Of a stretch of DNA of 64,000 nucleotides, positions 10,967 through 22,411 are shown piece after piece. A program made the translations under genes and the position numbers. The stretch is from Alphaproteobacteria bacterium (GTDB taxonomy: Bacteria > Pseudomonadota > Alphaproteobacteria > UBA7879): positions 170,925 through 234,924 of the forward strand of contig CBCXTT010000002.1 in the NCBI GenBank assembly GCA_965178295.1. Direction: 5' to 3'. Below the pieces are notes generated by a model. The model saw only the letters and a program-made list of their open reading frames with translations. It ran no database searches and had not been told where the DNA came from. Each line of letters opens with the position of its first letter. Positions within the stretch are counted from its first letter, which is position 1.

Positions 10967-12790
10967 CTATTCTGCCGAACGCTTGTGGCGTTTTCGCTCA
11001 TTGGGATCTAAATATCGCTTCCGCAAGCGAATCGTTGCAGGCGTAATTTCAACTAATTCATCATTTTCAATATAGGACAAAGCCTGTTCCAAAGTAAACT
11101 CTTTAGGCGGCGTCAAACGAATACCCTCATCCTTACCAGAAGCGCGAACATTTGAAAGTTTTTTTCCTTTAATAGGGTTCACATCTAAATCATTCTCACG
11201 ACTATGCTCACCAATCACCATACCTTCATATACCTCTACACCAGAATGAGTGAAAAGGATACCCCGATCTTCGAGATTCCATAAAGAATAAGCTGTTGTT
11301 TTACCTGGGCTATTAGAAATCAGAACACCCATGCGACGTCCATCAATATCGCCCCGATATAGCTCATATCCCGCAAATGAGCGATTCATAATACCTGTGC
11401 CACGCGTATCCGTTAGAAATTCGTTGCGATACCCAATCAGGCCCCGAGAAGGACAGCTAAATGTTAAGCGAATCTTATTGCCACCTATAGGTGCCATATC
11501 TGACATCTCTGCCTTACGCAGACCCAGTTTTTCAATTACAACGCCTGTATAGGGCTCATCCACATCTACCTGGACTATTTCTACGGGCTCAAGACGTTTC
11601 CCTGTGCTGTCTGTCTTAAAAAGAACCCTCGGGCGACTGATCGAAAGTTCAAAGCCTTCGCGGCGCATGGTCTCAATCAACACACCTAGCTGAAGCTCCC
11701 CACGACCGGATACTTCATAAGCATCCTTGTGCTCTGTTTCTTGGACACGAATAGAAATATTTCCCTCCATCTCAGCCATTAAGCGATCGCGAATCATACG
11801 TGAAGTCAATTTATTGCCCTCACGTCCCGCTAAGGGAGAGTCATTCACAGAAAATGTCATCGATAGCGTGGGTGGATCAATAGGAGTGGCCAACAGTGCA
11901 TTCTCACACTCAAGAGCGCATACAGTATCCGCTACTGTCGCGTCCTTTAAACCAGCAAAGGCAATAATCTGGCCTGTTACAGCTTCTTCAAGGGCAATTT
12001 TTTCAACCCCTCGTGCAATAAACATCTTAGTGAGACGTCCTTGCTCCTTAAAAGAGCCATCAGGATTCAGTGCCTTAATTGGCATATTAAGTTTGGCCAC
12101 ACCCTGCTCTATACGCCCTGTTAAGATACGCCCAACAAACGGGTCTGCCTCAAGAATCGTTGCAAGAACCTGAAATGGTCCTGCTCCATTGCCCTGAGGG
12201 GGAGCAACATATTCCACAATTTTCTCAAAAACAATTTTCATATTGTCCCGCGGGCCATCCAGGCTACTCGATGCCCACCCCTGCTTTGCAGAAGCATAAA
12301 TCTGCGGGAAATCAAGCTGGGAATCAGTTGCATTTAGTGCCACAAAAAGATCAAAAATCTCTTCTTCAACCGCATCACAACGAGCATCTGATTTATCGAC
12401 TTTATTAATTACCACAATCGGCTTCAACCCTTGTTCCAATGCCTTTGTTAAGACAAACTTTGTTTGTGGCATTGGCCCTTCTGCTGCATCAATTAAAATT
12501 AGGACACCATCGACCATACCCAAAATACGCTCAACTTCACCTCCAAAGTCCGCGTGTCCCGGGGTATCCACAATGTTAAGTTGATAGCCATTCCACTCAA
12601 TAGATGTCGTTTTGGCAAGAATAGTGATACCGCGCTCTTTCTCAATATCATTGGAATCCATCACCCGATGGTCAACATTTTTATGTGCTTTAAAGGTCCC
12701 ACTTTGTTGTAAAAGCTGATCAATGAGGGATGTTTTTCCATGGTCAACGTGCGCAATAATTGCAACGTTGCGAATGTTGTGCTGCTGCAT
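10967..12790 (-). CDS. typA: translational GTPase TypA/BipA
   Basis: 607 aa. The G domain reads IRNVAIIAHVDHGKTSLIDQLL...DTPGHADFGGEVER...NKVDK. EF-G-like domains follow. Confidence 0.95.
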   Translation of the reverse strand: MQQHNIRNVAIIAHVDHGKTSLIDQLLQQSGTFKAHKNVDHRVMDSNDIEKERGITILAKTTSIEWNGYQLNIVDTPGHADFGGEVERILGMVDGVLILIDAAEGPMPQTKFVLTKALEQGLKPIVVINKVDKSDARCDAVEEEIFDLFVALNATDSQLDFPQIYASAKQGWASSSLDGPRDNMKIVFEKIVEYVAPPQGNGAGPFQVLATILEADPFVGRILTGRIEQGVAKLNMPIKALNPDGSFKEQGRLTKMFIARGVEKIALEEAVTGQIIAFAGLKDATVADTVCALECENALLATPIDPPTLSMTFSVNDSPLAGREGNKLTSRMIRDRLMAEMEGNISIRVQETEHKDAYEVSGRGELQLGVLIETMRREGFELSISRPRVLFKTDSTGKRLEPVEIVQVDVDEPYTGVVIEKLGLRKAEMSDMAPIGGNKIRLTFSCPSRGLIGYRNEFLTDTRGTGIMNRSFAGYELYRGDIDGRRMGVLISNSPGKTTAYSLWNLEDRGILFTHSGVEVYEGMVIGEHSRENDLDVNPIKGKKLSNVRASGKDEGIRLTPPKEFTLEQALSYIENDELVEITPATIRLRKRYLDPNERKRHKRSAE

Positions 12791-14538
12791 GTTCTGTCTT
12801 CTCTTATCTTTCCAATAATGCTATTCAGGTATTGTCAGGCGCTCCCGCCAATCCGCTAGTATGACTACCACTGCTCTCAGAGGGCTATCAATTTCATTAA
12901 CAGGTAGTTTCTGGCTTATATCATACAAATACTCGATTGCAAACAAATCTCCTATGCGCATTTTACTCACAACACATCCTGCGATGAAACGGGGTTGATC
13001 AAAAATTCCATCGAGCGGGATAATCAACACACTATCTTGTATGGCACAAGAAAAAATTTTCTCGCAGTGTCTGCGCAATTTGAGAACAATATTGATCAAT
13101 CACAATCTTCAAATTCTTCTAAATTATCAGCTAATATATTAGCATTGTCCCAAATCATGATCCGCTATAGGCGTTTATTATTGTTTGCACAGATAACACA
13201 AGATAAGGTAGCAGTGTCTTGCGCTCCAGATGCAGTATCACAATTTTATGTTAAAGCCTTGCTGCACAAGCCTGGAAGATCTCAACAGTAGCGCTCCATA
13301 AAACAACAGATTGATATTTTGTACAACACCTATTGGCCGCTCATCAGGAAAGAGAGCCATCGAGATACAGAGCGCGGCGGGTTGCTCATAGTCCATACCT
13401 CCAAGTCTGTCGTGAAAAACCGACACAACGCCCCGTACTCAGATCATTATCTTTCTTTCTTACCAAACACTGTCGCCTGCCGCTTCTAATGCATTCTCCA
13501 CAGTGCATACATGCTTTCAAGAGAACGGGAGAGTGCTGCGCGTCTTTTGCAAGATCCACAGTTTCCAAAAACACCCCATCAGTGCGGTCCGGGAACATAA
13601 AAAATGGCTAACCCAAGATCACACCATCATCTCTTGTGTACATTGCGTGCTCTTTCCATATGTTTACATAGAGCTCAAAAAAGCCTAAAAATTCTTCTTC
13701 ATCCTCAAACGTGTGCTGTTATTGCCAATAACAATCACAAATATACTGTCCGCTACAAATATCAGGGACCAGAAGAGAAGAACAGGTGCAATAATAAGGG
13801 AGTGTTTTGGGCATTAGTGGTTGTATAGGTAATAGGTGGCGCCTAACTGGACACTTTGTGTTTTATCATACAACACGAAACGTTCGTTGATCAGGGCAAT
13901 AATGATCCGCAAGGAAAAATTGCGCACCTCACTGAGATGCGCGTAGTCGCGCGCGCACATCATCACAAGCATCCAGTAAAGGCATGTTATGCACACTGCT
14001 GTCTCTCTTTAAGTACAGTACTTGAAAATTGGGTAAAACCGATGCAAACAGAAGGAAAGTTAATCTACCAGTAAAAAGATGGGTTCCGGAAGAACCAACG
14101 GGTGCATATTACGCTCCCATCTCTCGGCATGTTCACATCTCTTAGCGCAAAAGAACTGCTTGCTTTATCTGGACGTCTTTTGGAGATGGCATAGCCATAG
14201 AGTATACGGCACAGTCAATTATCTCTACACAAACCACTCTTCCTATCCATCATTTAATCAATATTGGAATCACTGCATTGCTGCTCTATAGGAATGCGCA
14301 AGAAGAGAATCCTGAATTTGTGCTTCAGTTTAGTATGCGCTATTCCCGCTTCAAGCATGTCCCGTTCTTGATAATCTGTCCGCATTTTATCATATCAAGC
14401 GCTGTTTTCATACTACTCTAATTGCCTTTCATGCAATCGGCCTCTTTCTTTTTTTAAGCAGTCATATATTTCTGTGCTTGATTTGTCTTAAGAGATTCTG
14501 CAAGCTGGAGCTAAGGGCCCAAAGAGAGAAGATGTGTA

Positions 14539-15525
14539 ATGGATTTAAATGTACGTATGCGCCGCTTGCGTCATAATACACGGATGCGTGATATGATACG
14601 TCAAACCTATTTGCAGAAAGAGGATTTTATCCTTCCTCTTTTTGTGCAAGAAGGAAAAGACAAAAAAGTGCCTATTACAGCTATTCCCGGAGCATTTCGC
14701 TACACTGTTGATCGCTTGCCCGAAAAAATTTCCTCTCTTAAAACAAATGGTGTTCAAAATATTTTATTGTTCGGCATAACGAATGAAAAAGACGAACGCG
14801 GAGGTTCAAGTTTAGGAAATTCTAGCTTGATCGTCAAAGCAATAAAAACTATTAAAAAAGAAGATCCATCTTTATTTGTTATTTCTGATATATGCTTATG
14901 CAGCTACACAGACACAGGCCACTGTGGGATTATGAAAGAAATTGCTGGAGTTAAAGACGTTGATAACGACAAAACATTAAAGCTTATTGGAGAGCAAGCA
15001 CTCGCACATGCAGATGCGGGCGTTGACATGGTTGCGCCCAGCGGCATGATGGATGGGGCCGTTCTCGCCATCCGTCAAATACTCGATGCCCACCACATGA
15101 TCCATGTGCCTATAATGGGATACTCTATTAAATATGCTTCGCATATGTATAGTGCCTTCAGAGCTGCAACAGCCTGCGGCATCATAGAGGGCACTCGTTC
15201 CACTCATCAAGCAGATTTTTCAAACAAAGACGAGTGCCTTCGAGAAGCCATGCTCGATATAGAAGAGGGCGCAGATCTAATAATGGTCAAGCCAGCGCAT
15301 ACCTATTTGGATATTCTCACAAGTGTCAAACGAGAGTTTCCCTACATACCGCTAGTTGCATACCACACAAGTGGCGAGTGCGCTATGCTGACTGCTGCCA
15401 TTGAAAGGGGGTGGCTTTCCGAAGAGGCAATTTTTGAAGTTTTGGTGGCGATCAAGAGGGCTGGTGCCGATGTGATTATAAGCTATTTTTCAGAAGAAAT
15501 CATACGTTTTTTGAATGTGCAGTGA
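14539..15525 (+). CDS. hemB: porphobilinogen synthase (delta-aminolevulinic acid dehydratase)
   Basis: 328 aa. RMRRLR...LPLFV N-terminus and an active-site region typical of HemB. Confidence 0.95.
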   Translation: MDLNVRMRRLRHNTRMRDMIRQTYLQKEDFILPLFVQEGKDKKVPITAIPGAFRYTVDRLPEKISSLKTNGVQNILLFGITNEKDERGGSSLGNSSLIVKAIKTIKKEDPSLFVISDICLCSYTDTGHCGIMKEIAGVKDVDNDKTLKLIGEQALAHADAGVDMVAPSGMMDGAVLAIRQILDAHHMIHVPIMGYSIKYASHMYSAFRAATACGIIEGTRSTHQADFSNKDECLREAMLDIEEGADLIMVKPAHTYLDILTSVKREFPYIPLVAYHTSGECAMLTAAIERGWLSEEAIFEVLVAIKRAGADVIISYFSEEIIRFLNVQ

Positions 15526-15803
15526 AACAATTCCTCTACATGCTGCTTCTTGCCTGGATGCACTCACAAAAGAGAGCACATGAAATCTCCACATCTCCAT
15601 TCCATCCGCTATAATGGTGCAGGAAACTGGCAATAACGCCTAGGCAGCATCATAAAACGCGGAGAAAAACCTGCAGCACGAACGGAGATCCTCTCGCCAT
15701 GCTTTCATTACACAACGCAAACCCAGCTCTGCATGCCAATAAAAATCACTAGAAATACAAATGTGTCACCGTAACAGACATGTTTGTGCAAGCTTCTAAA
15801 ATT

Positions 15804-18800
15804 TTACATATTTAAAAATCGCACGCTACCCGATTGAATATCTAAAACAACGATCATACACTTAATATCATAAGCTGCGTATATTTGAGTTAACAGGACT
15901 TTATATCTCGCCATTTGTAGCTGATAGATTTTCTTCAACTCCACATCTGTATTCGCAGAATGCACTGCCTTATAGTCCAAAACATAAATTTTCTTCCCTA
16001 TTTTATCGACGGAGCAAAAGTCTATACGGCACTTAATGGGCACCCCATTATAGGTACCGATAATGGGTAGTTCGGTTTGATGTGGAAGCGCAAGAAGGTT
16101 TTGATACAATTCATTGTTCAGCAAGCTTTCCACCGCCTGTCGTGCACCGAGATCAAGGTTGTGATCCTGTGAAAATTTATGCACAAAACACAGCCGATCT
16201 TGAATCGGAATATCTGCAGCATGCTCCAGAAGACAATGGATATGCATCCCAACCTCAGCGGCATTATGATCATATAATTTAGGCAGAGCGGCCCCATCGT
16301 TCTTCTTGCATCTCTTTCTTTTAGTCGGCGCTGCATCCATGCCATCCGGCATTCTAAATGTGCGAGATTTTGTAACACCTTCTTGCTCTGCAGCGCGAGA
16401 ACAACCTGACTCGGCCCACACGCCGTCATAAAACTGAGGCATATTTTCTGCCGTTGTTGACAGTAGACTATACCAAGATGCCTCTGGGACACCCGACACG
16501 GGTGCCCATCCACCAATATACAATGATTCTTCTGCACGCGTCATCGCAACATACAAAAGACGATAGTACTCGTCCATCTGTTCTTGTTGCACTGCTTCTT
16601 TCAATGATTCAATCCCTGGCACCATATCAGATGAGGAGGGGACACAAATTAACCCTGCCTCACTCCAAAAGTACGGGGAAAGCGTACGCGGTACCTGCGT
16701 TGTATCTGGAAGAATCACAATGGGAGATTGCAACCCTTTAGATCCATGTACAGTCATAACACGCACCGCATTTTCTTCCACTGGGCGCACGATCATGTGC
16801 TTTGCCTTTTCAAAGTGACGCCAAAATCCATCAAGGTCACGGGGTATTTCATCACGAAATATAGCTAAAAACTCCTCAATAATGCCACTGACTTCTGGCC
16901 CCATACGTGCCAAATATGCCTGCCATTTTTTATGTTTATAGAGCAGATTCATGTACAATGCATAAGGCGTAAGGTAATCCACTTTATTCAATAAGCGCCT
17001 CAGCAACACATATGCATTATGAAAAGGTGCCTCATTTTTTCGAGCTCGATTTTTAAGCGCACACCATAAGCTGCCTTGACGATCGTGTGCAGCAAGCGCA
17101 CACAGGTCCTCTTCTGTCATGCCAATGATCGGTGATTTTAAAATAAGAGCCAGCGCCATATCATTTTGTGGAAGCAATAAAAAGTCTGACAGCGCCTGCA
17201 TATCCTTAATAAAAAGATGTGTGCTTAAAGCGATTTTCTCATCTCCGGAAACAGGTATAGATCGATTTTTAAGCGATTTTATTATGGCTCCAACAAAACT
17301 ATCTCTTTTGCGCACAAGAATCATAATATCTTTAGGGGCAATCAGACGATTCGTCCCCTCAAGAAACTTTTTGTCTTGAAGCCAGTTTTCTATTTTATTC
17401 GCAATCATATCGGCCAACTGTATTTCTGTAGATTTTTCTATCAAGAGCTTATCTGCAACTTTCCATGGTTGTGCAGATGTCGCCTCTGATGAAGAGACCA
17501 ATGGCCAAATTTCAATACGCCCCCCCTGGCCTATGCGATGACAGATATGCACAGGGACATGATCTAAGACTTTGTAACGAGCAAACACTGCATCCACAAA
17601 ATTCAGTATGGGTTCAGTTGTTCTAAAAGATGTATCTAGTGTCAAAGATTGAATATCTTCTGTCTTCGTCAAAAAAGTGTTCTGTATGTCCTGAAAAAAG
17701 GCAATATCGGCACCCTGAAAACTAAAAATAGACTGTTTTGTGTCCCCTACTACAAACAGTGTGCGTGTCGCCTTTCTCTCACAATCATCAAAAAAATCAT
17801 GTATAATTTTTTGAATAATCTTCCACTGCGCAGGATTGGTATCTTGTGCCTCATCCAAAAGCACATGATCAATAGACAGATCCAACTTATAGCGCACCCA
17901 CTCAGAGGCTTGCATGGTATGCAAAAGTTCCTGTGTTTTAAAAATCAAATCATCGTAATCGAGAAAAGAATTCTGCATCTTCCATGCAATATAGGAACAA
18001 AACGCTTTATCAAAAAACGTAATGATATGCGTCGAAAAATCCTGAATGCGCTTCTTTTTTACCGTTTCTGCATAATGCAGAACATCCACTGACAATGCAT
18101 CTAAAATATTTGCCCAGTCTGCGTAGTCTATTAGCCATTTTTTGGGATATAAATTCTGCCGAATGGTACCTGATTTCGTCAAAAAACACTCAGTAAGAAC
18201 AGAGAGAGTATCTTGATGGCGGTCAGTCGAACTCGCCCAAGCTGAAAGCGCCTGAGCAGTCTTCTTTGCCCGCACTCCTTCGGTATTAAGCTGCGTAATA
18301 ATTGCGTCTATCTCACACAAGTGAGGAGAAATAAAATATTTCTGTCCATCATTTACTCCCAAGTCCTTGGACAAAGAGGCAAGTATTTTTCTCCCCCCAC
18401 CCCGCTCAATCCAATGATAACGTTCAGCAAACAAGCCATGCAGAATCTCCAGAATACCTTTCCATGTTCGCACCTGTAACACGCCCTCTAAAAGAGCAGG
18501 ATTTTTTAATGCAACGTCTTTTATGGCAGATTCAAATCTCTGGTGCACCTGCGCTATATCCATTACCGAGAAATAAGGCGGAATATTTGCTTCGAGAGGG
18601 AACATGTGCAGCAATTTCTGACAAAATCCATGGAGTGTTTGAATGGCGATTCCTGTGGGGCTTGCGCACCACGCGTCACGTAGAGTTTCAGGCTGCACCT
18701 TGACATCCTGAGGCAAGACACCCAGTGCAACAATATCCGCAGAGCATACATCCGTGGATCTTTCTGCCCATTGATTTAAGCGCGTGATCAGCCGCTCTTT

Positions 18801-18992
18801 TATTTCTTGTGCAGCAGCGTTTGTGTACGTTAGACATAAGATGCGATCAAAAGGCACTCCGGATAATAACAGGCGCAAGATACGATCAATAAGCACTTTT
18901 GTTTTTCCTGTGCCGGCAGAAGCATTAACCCAACAAGATCGCTTCGGATTACTGGCGCTTAACTGCGGATGTATGGTTTTTGTTTTCAACAT
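15804..18992 (-). CDS. addA: double-strand break repair helicase AddA (UvrD-like helicase plus nuclease)
   Basis: 1062 aa. Walker A (NASAGTGKT), UvrD-type helicase motifs and a C-terminal PD-(D/E)XK nuclease region. Adjacent to addB. Confidence 0.9.
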   Translation of the reverse strand: MLKTKTIHPQLSASNPKRSCWVNASAGTGKTKVLIDRILRLLLSGVPFDRILCLTYTNAAAQEIKERLITRLNQWAERSTDVCSADIVALGVLPQDVKVQPETLRDAWCASPTGIAIQTLHGFCQKLLHMFPLEANIPPYFSVMDIAQVHQRFESAIKDVALKNPALLEGVLQVRTWKGILEILHGLFAERYHWIERGGGRKILASLSKDLGVNDGQKYFISPHLCEIDAIITQLNTEGVRAKKTAQALSAWASSTDRHQDTLSVLTECFLTKSGTIRQNLYPKKWLIDYADWANILDALSVDVLHYAETVKKKRIQDFSTHIITFFDKAFCSYIAWKMQNSFLDYDDLIFKTQELLHTMQASEWVRYKLDLSIDHVLLDEAQDTNPAQWKIIQKIIHDFFDDCERKATRTLFVVGDTKQSIFSFQGADIAFFQDIQNTFLTKTEDIQSLTLDTSFRTTEPILNFVDAVFARYKVLDHVPVHICHRIGQGGRIEIWPLVSSSEATSAQPWKVADKLLIEKSTEIQLADMIANKIENWLQDKKFLEGTNRLIAPKDIMILVRKRDSFVGAIIKSLKNRSIPVSGDEKIALSTHLFIKDMQALSDFLLLPQNDMALALILKSPIIGMTEEDLCALAAHDRQGSLWCALKNRARKNEAPFHNAYVLLRRLLNKVDYLTPYALYMNLLYKHKKWQAYLARMGPEVSGIIEEFLAIFRDEIPRDLDGFWRHFEKAKHMIVRPVEENAVRVMTVHGSKGLQSPIVILPDTTQVPRTLSPYFWSEAGLICVPSSSDMVPGIESLKEAVQQEQMDEYYRLLYVAMTRAEESLYIGGWAPVSGVPEASWYSLLSTTAENMPQFYDGVWAESGCSRAAEQEGVTKSRTFRMPDGMDAAPTKRKRCKKNDGAALPKLYDHNAAEVGMHIHCLLEHAADIPIQDRLCFVHKFSQDHNLDLGARQAVESLLNNELYQNLLALPHQTELPIIGTYNGVPIKCRIDFCSVDKIGKKIYVLDYKAVHSANTDVELKKIYQLQMARYKVLLTQIYAAYDIKCMIVVLDIQSGSVRFLNM

Positions 18993-21677
18993 TTATCCAT
19001 CTACCCATTCCTGGAGTCGCGACAGGTGATCACTAGCGTCCATCCCGCCTCCACCATAAGGGCGAGCATAATATGCGGTTTCACTCTTATCAAAAGTGGT
19101 GAAAATATTTTCAAGACCTGAGCGTACGGCCCCTAATATTGCATTTGCTGATGACACAACTGTTTTCTTTTGTCCTGCAATATTGTGACCAGAGACTTGC
19201 CAATAAGAGAGAGCGCCTATTTCTTGAATAGATAAATCTTCTGATGCTATTAATGCTTCCAAAGATAATTGGTTTGACAGCCCACTCTCCACATCCGCCA
19301 AACGAGGCAAAGAACCTGTTTTATAATCGATAATTTCGTGAACACCATTCACATAGAGGTCTATCCGGTCAATAACCCCACGGATAGATATTCGCCCATT
19401 TGGAAGATCTAATGTTATACAGCCCGGCACCTCTACCCAACTTTTAACCAAGTCTGGTTGCAAACGCTCTTGCACCATCAAAAACCACCTGAGAATACGG
19501 AAAATTCTATGCCGAGCAATGGATTGCTCAAGCGGCGTAGTGATATATTGCGTCAAATATACTTCAGCAATTTTCTTCCCCAAATTGAGCCGTACCTCTG
19601 CATTACTAGTATGATAAAAAGTTGGTTGCCATATTTGCAATATTTTGTGCACTAAAATACCAAAAATACGTTCATCAAAGCTCTGATTCAGCCTGTTAAG
19701 GCTTCGAAGTTTTAAAATTTTTTGTACATAAATGGCATACGGATTGAAAAGAAGTGTTTCGATATCTGTGACAGAAAAAGTACGGGGTCGGATAGAAATT
19801 TTAGGTGTTGGTGCTGGTGGCGCACAGGGTAGAATGTCTACTGGACTTTGTGTTAAAAACGTTTTAAAAGCAGCATGCTTTCCTTCTGTCTTTCCTTTTA
19901 AAAACATAGATACAAAGCGAGAAGGCGTAGCCAACTTACCATGTACACATGCACCATCTGTAATCAAAACATTTGGATTGTCTAACAGAACACGAAAATC
20001 ATATAAAAAAATGCACAATGCATCCTCTGCACTTGGCATGCCAATTTTTTCGGCCATCTTTGAGGTCATCCAGGGGTCCTGGATCGGAATGTTAGGCCAA
20101 ACGTCTTCATTCATGCCTCCAATAATTAGATAATCGGCTTTAACAAATCGCGCCTCTAGCACACCCAAAATACGCACCCTTTTTTGGTTTGTACTCTTAG
20201 GTATTCTCACCTGATAATTCTGAAGAATTTTTACGATTTGATCTACATACTCCCCAGAGGGAATCAATATATTGGGCGCAGCCTGGATAGCGTCTAAAAA
20301 ATTACTCGCCTGTTGCACAGATTCATTCGCTTTGGGGTAGAGACTGCCGCACAAAAAAATAATAAAAGACTGGTGCTGCAACACTATGTCTTGAAGCATG
20401 CCGCCTTTTTGTACTGTGCGACGCACCTTCGCAACAGCTTGATCCATATTTTGCACAATATCATGAAACGCATCTATGCGCGAATCGTCGCACTTCCACT
20501 TCGTCCATGGAATAATTGTACCAATGTCTTTTGTGCGAAAACTGCGTTCAAAGGCTCGCGATATTTCCCTCAGTGTGCCATGAGAACTCTGGGACAACGA
20601 TATCCAAGGATGCTTGAGGAGTGACAGTGTGGCTTCTAAGGTTGGGAGAGTAATCCAATCACCAGATAACTTCCATAAACGCCCCAAAGGTGTTTCCAGA
20701 AAAGGCTCGCCGCCAGAATCATCCGCGTCTATTCCCCAGTAAGATAATACACCTAAAACCCGTCGTGCTAAATCACGCGATGGACTTACAATATGCACGA
20801 TGTTGTGCTCATCCAACGCAACGCGCGCCGCCGTTGCAATTGTATGCGCTTCTTCATTAAAAGTAGAACATTGCTGAAACGATACCTCCCGTTGTGTATT
20901 GCGCTCTATGCTTTGAATGTTTAGCTTGTTTTTTTGCAACAGTGCGTGAAAGCCTCGTTGAGGAGAGAGAGCATGCGTATCTTCTGGAATTCTTGAAGAA
21001 AAGCCCGGCAAAAAAAGCGTGCCATTATTCATAGAGGCAATATGCAATAGGAGTGGATCTAGTGTTACATCACGCCTCACATCTATCGCTGCTATCGCCT
21101 GCATGGAAGACTTTGACGGCCAGTGTTCAAGGAGTTGCTCAACAACAATTTTTTGATAAAGGGCGGGTGTAACAACTTTATGTTCTTCTAGAATTTTTGG
21201 CCAATGTGTAGCCATCATATTTAAAAACGCTACTGTTTTTTGACGGTGCGCCGCCATCATGTCGGAGTCCAAAAGAGCAAGTTTTTCAAAGGGCACGCCA
21301 GAGCGAAGACAATCCTCAAACTTGTGATAAAGCTTTAAGGAAAGCGTTGTTAATGCGCCAAAAGTAATACGCTCCTTTTTTTGAAATGCCTCAATAAGTG
21401 GCTGCAATAAAAGTTGTCCTGTTGTCGGCAAAAGCACGCTTGGAAGCTCCTCTCTCATATAAAGGGGCAAGAGTGTGTCTAGAGCATGAAAAGACACTAT
21501 TTTCGGCATGATCATGGATGTACCCTCCTGACGCAATGCAACATCAAGTGCACGGCACAGTCGCTGGGTCGGTAAAATGATATAATAGTCCTCAGAGATT
21601 CTAGGTATAAACCGTTCTACTCTTTCCACTATGATCTCTACCAGTGCAACTGCATTGCAAACGCCTACGACTGGCAT
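18993..21677 (-). CDS. addB: double-strand break repair protein AddB
   Basis: 894 aa. Alphaproteobacterial AddB-like, immediately upstream of addA on the same strand. Confidence 0.85.
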   Translation of the reverse strand: MPVVGVCNAVALVEIIVERVERFIPRISEDYYIILPTQRLCRALDVALRQEGTSMIMPKIVSFHALDTLLPLYMREELPSVLLPTTGQLLLQPLIEAFQKKERITFGALTTLSLKLYHKFEDCLRSGVPFEKLALLDSDMMAAHRQKTVAFLNMMATHWPKILEEHKVVTPALYQKIVVEQLLEHWPSKSSMQAIAAIDVRRDVTLDPLLLHIASMNNGTLFLPGFSSRIPEDTHALSPQRGFHALLQKNKLNIQSIERNTQREVSFQQCSTFNEEAHTIATAARVALDEHNIVHIVSPSRDLARRVLGVLSYWGIDADDSGGEPFLETPLGRLWKLSGDWITLPTLEATLSLLKHPWISLSQSSHGTLREISRAFERSFRTKDIGTIIPWTKWKCDDSRIDAFHDIVQNMDQAVAKVRRTVQKGGMLQDIVLQHQSFIIFLCGSLYPKANESVQQASNFLDAIQAAPNILIPSGEYVDQIVKILQNYQVRIPKSTNQKRVRILGVLEARFVKADYLIIGGMNEDVWPNIPIQDPWMTSKMAEKIGMPSAEDALCIFLYDFRVLLDNPNVLITDGACVHGKLATPSRFVSMFLKGKTEGKHAAFKTFLTQSPVDILPCAPPAPTPKISIRPRTFSVTDIETLLFNPYAIYVQKILKLRSLNRLNQSFDERIFGILVHKILQIWQPTFYHTSNAEVRLNLGKKIAEVYLTQYITTPLEQSIARHRIFRILRWFLMVQERLQPDLVKSWVEVPGCITLDLPNGRISIRGVIDRIDLYVNGVHEIIDYKTGSLPRLADVESGLSNQLSLEALIASEDLSIQEIGALSYWQVSGHNIAGQKKTVVSSANAILGAVRSGLENIFTTFDKSETAYYARPYGGGGMDASDHLSRLQEWVDG

Positions 21678-22411
21678 GATTGCTCTCTAAAAAAAGTTTG
21701 ACCTCTTTCTAAGGCACCAGGGGTTCCAAAGTGATACCATTCCCCATCCAATACAACGCCACCTAAGCGCTTTTTTTTTTGCACCGCATCAAAAACTTTA
21801 ACGGAAGAAAAAACACCTGGATGAAACCCTTGAAAAGCTCGTGGATGAAAAATTTGTACACCGCTATAAACATAAGGAGCCGATGGAAAACGTAGACGGC
21901 GCTCAAGCAGGTCATTCTGCAAACGATAATCGCCCGCCCCATCATATCCCCATGCATTTTCTTTGGGCACCAGCAGCAGAAGTGCATCAAATTTCTGTTC
22001 ATCCCAAGCCATGTCTAGTTGGGAAAAAACAGATTCTTTAGTTGTTTTGAACACAACATCGCCGTTTACAACAAAAAACGGCTCATCTTTAAAAAACTCG
22101 AGTACTTTTAATATCCCTCCTCCCGTATCAAGGCATTTATCTTCCATGGATATTGTAACATGAGGTTTTTTAGAAGCGTGTTCCTGGATTTTCTCCCCCC
22201 AATAACAGGCATTCACCATGATTTTTTTTACTCCATACTCAGCAAGCCGATCTAACAAGCGATCCAACATACTGATGTCCCCAACCTTTAATAAAGGTTT
22301 TGGGGTATCCAAAGTTAAAGGACGCATGCGCACACCCTCCCCGGCAGCCAGAACCATTGCTTGTTGAATTTTCTTAGACATGACGATGTGCCATAGGTAT
22401 GTTTGTCTCAA
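21665..22411 (-). CDS. murU: nucleotidyltransferase, MurU-like (N-acetylmuramate alpha-1-phosphate uridylyltransferase)
   Basis: 248 aa. AMVLAAGEGVRMRPLTLDTPKPLL sugar-nucleotidyltransferase motif. Conserved position between amgK and addB. Its stop overlaps the addB start by 13 nt. Confidence 0.75.
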   Translation of the reverse strand: MRQTYLWHIVMSKKIQQAMVLAAGEGVRMRPLTLDTPKPLLKVGDISMLDRLLDRLAEYGVKKIMVNACYWGEKIQEHASKKPHVTISMEDKCLDTGGGILKVLEFFKDEPFFVVNGDVVFKTTKESVFSQLDMAWDEQKFDALLLLVPKENAWGYDGAGDYRLQNDLLERRLRFPSAPYVYSGVQIFHPRAFQGFHPGVFSSVKVFDAVQKKKRLGGVVLDGEWYHFGTPGALERGQTFFREQSCQS

